Of a stretch of DNA of 64,000 nucleotides, positions 53,170 to 61,351 are shown one piece after another (position 1 is the first letter of the stretch; each line of letters opens with the position of its first letter). The notes below the pieces were generated by a model. That model had not been told where the DNA came from. It saw nothing but the letters and a program-made list of their open reading frames with translations, and did no database searches. Both the position numbers and the translations under genes were made by a program. This DNA comes from Terriglobia bacterium (GTDB lineage: Bacteria > Acidobacteriota > Terriglobia > 20CM-2-55-15), in NCBI GenBank assembly GCA_965198225.1, contig CBDAOY010000009.1, positions 736,001 to 800,000 of the forward strand. Direction: 5' to 3'.

Positions 53170-53785
53170 ACTCCAAGCTCGGACGTGAAGTCGCCATCAA
53201 GACCCTCCCCGAGGAGTTTGCCAATGACGGGGAGCGACTGGCCCTCTTTGAGCGTGAAGCGAAGCTACTCGCCTCGTTGAACCATCCGAACATCGCCACG
53301 TTCCACGGTTTGGAAGAAGACAACGGTACCCGGTTTCTCGTCTTGGAACTCGTTGAAGGCGACACGCTGGCGTACAGGCTGAAGCGCGGCGCCATCCCCG
53401 TCGAAGAATCCCTCAAGCTCGCGCTCCAGATCGCCGAAGCGCTCGAAGCCGCTCACGAGAAGGGCATCATCCTCCGGGTCCTGAAACCCGCAAAAATAAA
53501 AGTCACACCCGACGGCAAGCTGAAGGTCCTGGATTTCGGTCTGGCGAAGGCATTTGCGGGGGATGGTTCCGACGTGAACTTGTCGCACTCCCCAACGATT
53601 AGCATGGCGGCGACGCAGCAGGGCACGATTCTCGGAACGGCCGCATACATGTCCCCCGAGCAAGCCAAGGGACGCGAGATCGACAAGAGGACCGACATAT
53701 GGGCCTTTGGCTGCGTGCTCTACGAAATGCTCATAGGCCGATCCGCCTTTGGCGGTGAAGACGTTGCGGATACGCTTGCGTTCGT
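53170..53785 (+). pseudogene. Kinase-domain fragment K8, catalytically degenerate
   Basis: Starts at [10 protein letters not shown]; HRDLKPANI replaced by LRVLKPAKI; homology ends at DVADTLA. Confidence 0.85.
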
Positions 53786-54014
53786 GGGGATAAGTAAAAT
53801 AGGAGGGGTTGGCAGTGTAGGGTGTGTGGGAAGCGCAGCCGAGGCCAACCTGGTGCCGGAGGCTCGCGGCCGGGTGGTTTCCCAGCCCGGCATACTGGTT
53901 TCACAGGCGGTTCCAACGCATGGACACGTTGATTTGCACGGGCCAGTACGCTACTTTTGAATGTCGTTTTTTCGATATGGATTACAGAGCGCGATATCAA
54001 AGAAAGACCAACCT

Positions 54015-54782
54015 ATGACACCCATTCTGCGTCTATTTCGAATCCTGCTGCCGGGCATCATAGTGGGCATCGCTTTGAATGCGGCATTCCAGACCAGCGC
54101 GTACAGTCAAGCCCCAGAAGGGTCACCTACAAGAGCGTATAAGCCGCGCCCGCCGGAAGGTAAAGTTCCCATTCTCTGGATTGGTGGTGGCGACTGGCAC
54201 GATACATTGAATAACGCCGGTATCCTGCGATGGTACCTTGAAGCAGCGGGTCCTTACCACATCACTTACACCGAGGATTATGACGTGTTCACCCGCCTGC
54301 GCCCATATCGCGTGGTCGTGATGCATCACCAGGCCCGCAGTATCACAAATGCTGAAGAGCGTGCCCTGCTGGATGCGGTTTCAGCAGGGAAGCCGGTCGT
54401 GGCCCTGCACTCCAGCACGGCGGCGCTCCGGGTTGAAGGGCACGAGCGTCCCAAATATCACGCACTGCTGGGCGCGCGGTTTCTCAAACACCCTCCCCAA
54501 CACGACTTTCGCGTAACGCTGACCGACCGCGCTCATCCCATCCTCAGCGGGCTGGACGATTTCAACATCTGGGACGAGCTCTATATGTTTGACAGTCTCC
54601 AGCCCGATCGCCATGTGTTGATGACCGCGGACTTTGAGGGAACTACCTATCCTATCGCCTGGACCCGGCAGCATGGAAAGGGGAAGGTGTTCTACACGGC
54701 ACTGGGGCACGGCGTCGAGGCCAACAGCAACCCACACTTTCAGCGCCTCGTCCACCAGGCAATCGAATGGGCCCTGGAGTAA
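54015..54782 (+). CDS. ThuA-like (trehalose utilisation, GATase-like) domain protein
   Basis: Signal peptide; GGGDWHD, VALHSS, DELY, PIAWTRQHGKGKVFYTALGH. Confidence 0.85.
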   Translation: MTPILRLFRILLPGIIVGIALNAAFQTSAYSQAPEGSPTRAYKPRPPEGKVPILWIGGGDWHDTLNNAGILRWYLEAAGPYHITYTEDYDVFTRLRPYRVVVMHHQARSITNAEERALLDAVSAGKPVVALHSSTAALRVEGHERPKYHALLGARFLKHPPQHDFRVTLTDRAHPILSGLDDFNIWDELYMFDSLQPDRHVLMTADFEGTTYPIAWTRQHGKGKVFYTALGHGVEANSNPHFQRLVHQAIEWALE

Positions 54783-54869
54783 GGATCGTGGTCCGGCCGT
54801 AGCAGGAGTAATTGCATGGCTGGCTCAGACCACGCCGCGGCCGGACAGCCAGTCAAATCCTTCACTGCA

Positions 54870-54924
54870 GATCAACGTCGTCTTGAACTGGACGGAAGAA
54901 CTAAAGGAACGGGTGCCGGTGCCC
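54870..54924 (+). pseudogene. Kinase-propeller 3' remnant
   Basis: INVVLNWTEELKERVPVP. Confidence 0.85.
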
Positions 54925-55343
54925 TATTCGCCGCCACCGAACCTCCCCGACAGCGTCTCGGTTTGCCACTCTGTTTCAATCCACATGCTCGAAAAGTCGT
55001 TAGCGTTCATCGGAAGTGCCGCGGCGAGCGCGGCCACAGGATGAGCGAGAAGTTCCCACCGCGGCAGTTTCGATAACAAGACTTGAAGGAGGGCGCTGGC
55101 CGAATGCGGCGGACGCGGTGGGCTATGGAGAAAGTAGCCGGAAGCGGGCCGGATCTGGAGTGGCGTTGGGGCGAGGAGGGGGACCGGCGGTCGATGACCG
55201 CGTCGATGGTGTGAATCGGAAAGCAGTTGGGTCGGGGAATCGGTGGGTTGAAAGGACGGGATCTGAGGGGATTTTGCAGCGGAGGCACACTCCGGCGAGG
55301 ACGTGGCTGAACCGCACGTCGGTCGTCGGTTTGTGAAGGAGGA

Positions 55344-56513
55344 TTAGGACGTATCGCATTGGAAGGCGAGCCTCGCTACGAGTTGCAGAGCGGTGAAGCG
55401 TTGGATGAGAGTCATCGGTCCCTGACAGTGCGGACACGACCAGGAAGAGTTCGAGGTGGTGGTTTCGTCAGATTCGACCCTCGGCATGGCATCGAGGAGT
55501 TGGCGACAGAGAGCGAAGGCGGCCGACCGGCGGTAGTTGGCCATGAATCCGAAGTGTCGGATGCGGACGAAGCCCTTCGGCAGAACGTGCAATAAGAACC
55601 GTCGGATGAACTCGTCGGCCGCGAGTGTCATGATGCGACTCTTGTTGCCATTGCGGTAATCCCGCCAACGGAACCGGACCCGGTTACCGTCAAACGAGAT
55701 CAATCGATGGTTGGAGATGGCGACCCGATGGGTGTAGCGGCCCAGGTAGCGGAGCACCTGTTCGGGGCCACCAAAGGGTCGTTTGATATAGACGACCCAG
55801 TTGCGGGAATGGATCTGGCGGCGGAACCGCCGAAAGTGTTGCGGTTCGCCGAAGGGTCGAATCGAGCCGGACAGTTCGAGCGAACCGTCGGCGATCGCTC
55901 GCCCGAGCCCGTCGATGAACTTGCCACGGAAGACTCGGGCGAGCACCTGCTTGGGGAGGAAGAAGCGCCCAGAACCCGGAATCCAACGGGACTGATCCGG
56001 AGCCAGTCCGCCGGCCGGTACCACGCAGTGGATGTGGGGATGGAACTCCAGGTTCTGACTCCAGGTATGCAGGATGCCGAAGAAGCCGATCCGGGCGCCG
56101 AGTCGTTTCGGATTGGCCGCCACCTCGATCATCGTGTCGGCCACGCTGCGAAACAGCAGGCTGTAGAGTAGGGCAGGGTTGTGGAAGAAGAACGGATGGA
56201 ACTGGTGCGGGACGGTGAACACGACGTGGAAGTAGGGGGTGGGCAGCAGTTCGGCTTCTCGTGCTTCGAGCCACCGTCGTCGGGCCTGGGTCTGACACTT
56301 CGGGCAGTGGCGGTTGCGGCAGGAGTTGAACGAGATTCCGGACTCCCGGCCACAATCGGCACACCGGTCGATGTGGCCACCCAGAGCCGCAGTACGACAG
56401 TTCAGGATGGCGCGCAGGACCTTGAGCTTCTGGATGCCGAGGCGGTGACGCTGGAGGAAACCTCGAACCCGGGCGCGGACGATGTCGGCCACCTCGACGG
56501 CGGGCCGGCTCAT
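55344..56513 (-). CDS. IS91-family transposase
   Basis: Identical translation to copy 1. Confidence 0.93.
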   Translation of the reverse strand: MSRPAVEVADIVRARVRGFLQRHRLGIQKLKVLRAILNCRTAALGGHIDRCADCGRESGISFNSCRNRHCPKCQTQARRRWLEAREAELLPTPYFHVVFTVPHQFHPFFFHNPALLYSLLFRSVADTMIEVAANPKRLGARIGFFGILHTWSQNLEFHPHIHCVVPAGGLAPDQSRWIPGSGRFFLPKQVLARVFRGKFIDGLGRAIADGSLELSGSIRPFGEPQHFRRFRRQIHSRNWVVYIKRPFGGPEQVLRYLGRYTHRVAISNHRLISFDGNRVRFRWRDYRNGNKSRIMTLAADEFIRRFLLHVLPKGFVRIRHFGFMANYRRSAAFALCRQLLDAMPRVESDETTTSNSSWSCPHCQGPMTLIQRFTALQLVARLAFQCDTS

Positions 56514-57400
56514 TCGCCTTTCTTCTTTCTCAGACGGGGAGACGGTCCCAGATCGGGAACCGGAAGAGAATCGATCGGGTTCACCACGCGCTGCATGTGC
56601 GCCTGAGACAAATGGAGATAGAGGGTCGTCGCTTCCAGATCGACATGACCCAACAGGAGCTGGATGGTTCGCAGGTCGGTTCCCCTCTCCAGCAGGTGGG
56701 TGGCCCAGCTGTGGCGCAGCGTATGTGGGGATACTTTCTTTTTGATGCCGGCACGTTGGGCGGCTTGTTGGACGGCGTACCAAACCGTCTTCACATCGAT
56801 GGGCTGTCCGGGCCGGGTCCGGAGCAAACTGGGGAAGAGGTACTCGCCGGGTTTCCGCCAACGCCAGTAGTCGCGCAGGACTTCCAGCAGTTTCGGTGAC
56901 AGCGGCACGTCGCGGTCGCGATTGCCTTTACCCTGCCTCACATGGATCACCATGCGTTCGCTATCGACGTCCTCGACCTTCAGACGACACAGCTCGGCCC
57001 GCCGCAGTCCCGTCGAATACAAGGTCATCAGGATGACGAAGTGATAGGCACTGTTGGCGGAGGCCAGCAGTTGCGCCACTTCCTCTTCGCTCAGAATCGT
57101 GGGCAACCGGGACGGCTGTTTCGGATAGACCAGATCGACCTGGTGATAGGGACGGCGAAGCACCTTCACGTAGAAGAACCGGAGTGCGGCGATCCGTCCG
57201 ATGATGGTGTCGACAGCGAGCTTGCGCTCCTGAAGCAGATGCAGCTGGTACTGCCGCATCTGTTCCTGTTCGAGCTTGTCGGGGGACTTCCCGAAGTAGC
57301 GGGCGAAGTCTTCGACCGCGTGAAGATACAGCCGAATCGTAGCGGGTGAGTAGTTCCGGCGCTGGAGTTCCTCCAGCATCCGTTGTCGCAGCTTCGTCAT
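56510..57400 (-). CDS. Tyrosine recombinase
   Basis: Identical translation to copy 1. Confidence 0.93.
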   Translation of the reverse strand: MTKLRQRMLEELQRRNYSPATIRLYLHAVEDFARYFGKSPDKLEQEQMRQYQLHLLQERKLAVDTIIGRIAALRFFYVKVLRRPYHQVDLVYPKQPSRLPTILSEEEVAQLLASANSAYHFVILMTLYSTGLRRAELCRLKVEDVDSERMVIHVRQGKGNRDRDVPLSPKLLEVLRDYWRWRKPGEYLFPSLLRTRPGQPIDVKTVWYAVQQAAQRAGIKKKVSPHTLRHSWATHLLERGTDLRTIQLLLGHVDLEATTLYLHLSQAHMQRVVNPIDSLPVPDLGPSPRLRKKKGE

Positions 57401-57629
57401 GTGAGCCTCCTTGTGAGGCTCACACTCTATCGGGGGCTCATCACTCTTCGCTCAGCACACGCGTAGCGTCCGCCGCGCCAGCGGCTTCGTTCAAGTCGCC
57501 TATGCTCCCATGTGGATCTTGCCAGAAAGGCCCCGTTTCAGGCGCTTCGCAGGTTTCTCCGTATCGGCGGCGTTACAGGATATTGCCTTCCTGATTGACC
57601 CCAAGTCCGTTCCGTAGTCTGATCTAGGC

Positions 57630-57707
57630 GTGATCCAACCCGGTTCAGCGCTCGCGCACTATGAAGTCGTTTCTGCCCTCGGCAAGGGCGGCATGGGCGA
57701 GGTGTAG
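57630..57707 (+). pseudogene. Kinase 5' remnant
   Basis: [25 protein letters not shown], preceded by the TTGACC motif. Confidence 0.85.
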
Positions 57708-57858
57708 AAAGCCCGGGAAAATCCACTTTGACAACGGATGCGACGGTTCAAGTCTGCATGAGTTGACCAGCGGGGCCGACAGCGAGGCCCAGCGACACCG
57801 ACCGGACTGCTGAAACAGTTTTGTGGTGCCTATCGCGTAGAAGGTACGCGACAAAGAC

Positions 57859-58695
57859 ATGAGTGGCAAACGCCAGATCGACTACGGGGAGGTTCGGCGC
57901 TACTTTGCTCAAGCTGGCGCCGACACGGCGGCTTGTGCGAGCTACATGGCCCACGCACAAGACTTGCCCGAAAACGCTGTTCGTTATCGCTTCCGGAAGG
58001 AAGGCGCAGCGATACGCGACTGGCTCGATGTCGGGGGGCCGCAAGCGCGGGTACTCGACTTGGGCTGTGGGTCGGGGACCTGGACCGAGCTCTTCGCTCA
58101 GCGCTTCGGCAGCGTCATCGGGATCGAACAGAGCCCTGCGATGCTGGTCGCTGCAAAAACGAAACTCATGGGACGGTCGAACGTGGAGCTTCTGAACCAG
58201 GACGTTCGAGAGCCATTGCCACCGGGGCCATTTGATCTCGTCTTTTTAGGAGGGATCTGCATGTACCTGAGCGACGCTGACACGATCGCGCTCGTTCAAG
58301 CAGTTATCGAACGTCTCGGTGATCGAGGGCGGGTCGTTTTACGGGAGACTACCGTTGCGAACGGATACGAGCACGTAGAGGGCGAGTATCATGCGATCTA
58401 TCGCAGCGTCGACGTTTACCGAAGGCTCTTTCGAGAGGCTGGCTTGTCGCGCGTCGACACACGTCGAAACTACGCCTATACCTATATGGAGATCGCAGTC
58501 GAACTCGTCGAACTGCGACGCCGCTACCTGCGTATGCTGCCGTACACGTCACCTTTTCTTGGCGCTTTGACCTGGTGGTCGCTACGGGCTACGTCGCCCG
58601 TATGCTTCGCGCTTCTTCCCCGAGCGGCGGCGTGGCTTCGTGTGTGTTGGCCAAAGCTCCAGAACCATTTTTTTATGCTAGAGAATGCAAGTTGA
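57859..58695 (+). CDS. Class I SAM-dependent methyltransferase, phosphoethanolamine N-methyltransferase-like
   Basis: VLDLGCGSG; FDLVFLGGICMYLSDAD..GRVVLRET. Confidence 0.8.
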   Translation: MSGKRQIDYGEVRRYFAQAGADTAACASYMAHAQDLPENAVRYRFRKEGAAIRDWLDVGGPQARVLDLGCGSGTWTELFAQRFGSVIGIEQSPAMLVAAKTKLMGRSNVELLNQDVREPLPPGPFDLVFLGGICMYLSDADTIALVQAVIERLGDRGRVVLRETTVANGYEHVEGEYHAIYRSVDVYRRLFREAGLSRVDTRRNYAYTYMEIAVELVELRRRYLRMLPYTSPFLGALTWWSLRATSPVCFALLPRAAAWLRVCWPKLQNHFFMLENAS

Positions 58696-58722
58696 CGCTC
58701 TGGCAGATTCAGAGAGATCTAC

Positions 58723-60585
58723 GTGAAAACCGACCGATGGAATCTCACGCCCAATAAGCGCCCTGAAAGTATCCGCAAAGCGGTGATTCTCGCCGCCGGT
58801 GTTGGCAACCGGCTTCGTCCATTCACCAACAAGCTTCCAAAATGCCTGGTTCAGGTGGCCGGTGTTCCCATCCTGGACAATACACTCGCGCATCTGGCCG
58901 CGCTCGGTACCGAGGAAATCGCTATCGTCGTCGGCCACCACAAGGAGATCATCATCGAGCGGTTCGGCGCGAGTTACCTCGGAATGTCGATGACCTACGT
59001 CGTGTCGGAGGACTACGAGAAAACCAACAACATCTATTCGTTATGGCTCGCCCGTGATCATCTCACTCAAGACGTACTGCTGCTGGAGGCAGATGTTTTT
59101 TTCGAGCGCGCGGTTTTGGAGCGACTACTTTTGCAGAGTGGCGGCAACCTGGCCATCGTGTCGCGGCACCAGAGTTGGATGTCTGGCACGGTCGTCAGTG
59201 TGGATGCTCGTGGTCGCATCCAGGCAACGATCGACTCCCAGAATCAAGAGGATGGCTTCGATTATGCAAAGTTCTTCAAGACGGCCAACATCTACCTCTT
59301 TCGTCAGGACTTCCTCAACCGGTATTTCCTGCCGCAGCTGGAAGCCTACATCACGTCTAGAGACTACGACGAATACTACGAATCGATTCTCATCACGCTG
59401 GGGCACCGAGGCAAGAACAACCTCGTCGCTGTGGATTGTGACGACCTGAAGTGGTACGAGATCGATGATGAAAGCGACCGATTGGCGGCTGAGTATCTAT
59501 TCAACTCAGGCGAGGAGCGTTACGACCACGTCCAGAGCCAACACGGGGGGTATTGGCGCTTTGGGTTTGCCGATCACGCTTACTTGTACAATCCGTATTA
59601 CCCGCCTAAGCCGATGTTCGCGGATTTTGAGAACAACCTGCGCGAGCTGGTGCTCAACTATCCTCCCGGACAGGAGGTTGTCGCCCGGCTCGCCGGCACT
59701 TTGATCGGGCAACCTTCCTCTCGCATTCTGGTTGGAAACGGGGCTTCGGAACTGATTAAGATCATCTCTGGCCGCCTTCCCGGACCGATCGCCTGTCCTG
59801 TACCCTCGTTCAACGAGTACGAGGACGCTGCGCGAGCGGGGGCCTTCGTCCCGTTCGAACTGCCCTCTCCCACTTTCGAACTCGACGTAGATGCCTTTGC
59901 CCAACGGGTTCTCGCGACCGAGGCAAGACTGGCCATCGTAGTGACACCTAACAATCCCACCTCGTTGGCGGTGCCCAGAACAGACATCTTGCGCCTTGCC
60001 GCGAAACTCGAATCGACCGAATGCATGCTGGTTGTCGATGAATCCTTCATCGACTTTGCATACGACTATCAGGAGTTGAGCGTGGAGGGTTGGGTTGACA
60101 GCGTTCCTAACCTCGCGGTCCTCAAGAGCTTGAGCAAGTCCTTCGGGATCGGCGGACTGCGGCTGGGCTATCTCCTGACGGCCAATGAGGGACTCGCGAA
60201 CGCGGTGCGCGCCGAGTTGCACATCTGGAACATCAACGGTTTCGCGGAAGCCTTCCTGCGCCAGGCACCGCGCTGGCGCAAGGCGTTCAGGCAGAGTTGC
60301 GCTCTGGTTCGCGACCACTGCGATGAGCTCTACGAAGGGTTGAACGAGATCCCCGGAATGACAGCATATCGACCTCAGGCTAACTTCGTATTGTGTCGTC
60401 TCCCAGCTCCAGGCCCATCCGGTCCGGTCATCGCGAAACGGCTCTTCGTGGAGAACAACATCTTCGTCAAGCACTGCGCTGGTAAGCACATGTCGGATGC
60501 GGATCGGTATCTGCGCATCGCCAGCAGGACGGCCGCGGACAACCATATGCTCGTCGAAGCGATGCGGCAATGCCTGACCCAATGA
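58723..60585 (+). CDS. Fusion of a LicC-like nucleotidyltransferase and a class I/II PLP enzyme (CobD/HisC-like)
   Basis: AVILAAGVGNRLRP..PKCL, YEKTNNIYSL, WYEIDD; PNNPT, VVDESF, KSLSKSFGIGGLRLGY. Confidence 0.9.
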   Translation: MKTDRWNLTPNKRPESIRKAVILAAGVGNRLRPFTNKLPKCLVQVAGVPILDNTLAHLAALGTEEIAIVVGHHKEIIIERFGASYLGMSMTYVVSEDYEKTNNIYSLWLARDHLTQDVLLLEADVFFERAVLERLLLQSGGNLAIVSRHQSWMSGTVVSVDARGRIQATIDSQNQEDGFDYAKFFKTANIYLFRQDFLNRYFLPQLEAYITSRDYDEYYESILITLGHRGKNNLVAVDCDDLKWYEIDDESDRLAAEYLFNSGEERYDHVQSQHGGYWRFGFADHAYLYNPYYPPKPMFADFENNLRELVLNYPPGQEVVARLAGTLIGQPSSRILVGNGASELIKIISGRLPGPIACPVPSFNEYEDAARAGAFVPFELPSPTFELDVDAFAQRVLATEARLAIVVTPNNPTSLAVPRTDILRLAAKLESTECMLVVDESFIDFAYDYQELSVEGWVDSVPNLAVLKSLSKSFGIGGLRLGYLLTANEGLANAVRAELHIWNINGFAEAFLRQAPRWRKAFRQSCALVRDHCDELYEGLNEIPGMTAYRPQANFVLCRLPAPGPSGPVIAKRLFVENNIFVKHCAGKHMSDADRYLRIASRTAADNHMLVEAMRQCLTQ

Positions 60586-61214
60586 CGAGTCCATGCAGCC
60601 GACGAAGCGCCCTGTCTTTTGTCTACGACAGAGCCAACCTGCTGACGTTGGCGGGGCTAGTGTGCGGAATCCTGGCTATTTGGTTCAGCGCGCGCGGCGC
60701 CTATCCCGCCGCCACCACAGCCCTGCTGTGGGCGCTGTTTTGCGATTGGTTCGATGGTCCGCTGGCTCGGCGAATGACCGACCGGACCGACGAGGACCGG
60801 GCCTTCGGCGCACAACTCGACTCCCTGACCGATATCGTATCCAGCGGCGTCGCTCCCGCGGTGCTCCTGATCAGCATTGGCAACTTCGACCCCTGGTTTC
60901 TACCAGGCGCTTTTCTGCTGGTGGTCGCGGGAGCGATTCGGCTGGCTCACTTCAACATTTTTGGCACCGACGGTGGCGCATACAGCGGCCTGCCGATCGA
61001 CAGCAATATCATCGTTGTGACGGCTCTGTTTCCTTTCCGTGAGCTGCTCGGGCACGCCACGTTCTCGTGGGCTCTTTACGTTGCGGTCGCCACACTCGCC
61101 ATCCTAAACGTTGCCCCCTTTCGGATGCCGAAGCTGGTGGGTGGCTGGTACTACATTGTCGCGATCTACGTCGTTGCCATGACCGCACTGAACCTGAGCT
61201 CATTAACGCGCTGA
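60570..61214 (+). CDS. CDP-alcohol phosphatidyltransferase
   Basis: ANLLT, DWFDGPLARR..FGAQLDSLTD signature; multiple TMs. Confidence 0.9.
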   Translation: MPDPMTSPCSRRSALSFVYDRANLLTLAGLVCGILAIWFSARGAYPAATTALLWALFCDWFDGPLARRMTDRTDEDRAFGAQLDSLTDIVSSGVAPAVLLISIGNFDPWFLPGAFLLVVAGAIRLAHFNIFGTDGGAYSGLPIDSNIIVVTALFPFRELLGHATFSWALYVAVATLAILNVAPFRMPKLVGGWYYIVAIYVVAMTALNLSSLTR

Positions 61215-61257
61215 GCTGGACTCAAAAGTCGCGGCATGATTCCAGTGAATCAACATT

Positions 61258-61290
61258 GAAGCACTGAAGGAACGGGTGCCGGTGCCATGA
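61258..61290 (+). pseudogene. Kinase-propeller 3' remnant
   Basis: EALKERVPVP*. Confidence 0.8.
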
Positions 61291-61351
61291 CCTGTGAGAC
61301 TCCCCCAAAAATCTCCTCAGCGGTGTTTCTGAGAATCCACATCCCCGAGAA

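Larger units (their letters stand above)
54996..57498 (-). mobile_element. Recombinase-IS91 element, copy 3
   Basis: Same ORF set at offset 26676; flanked by ATCCACATG / CATGTGGAT arms. Confidence 0.92.
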
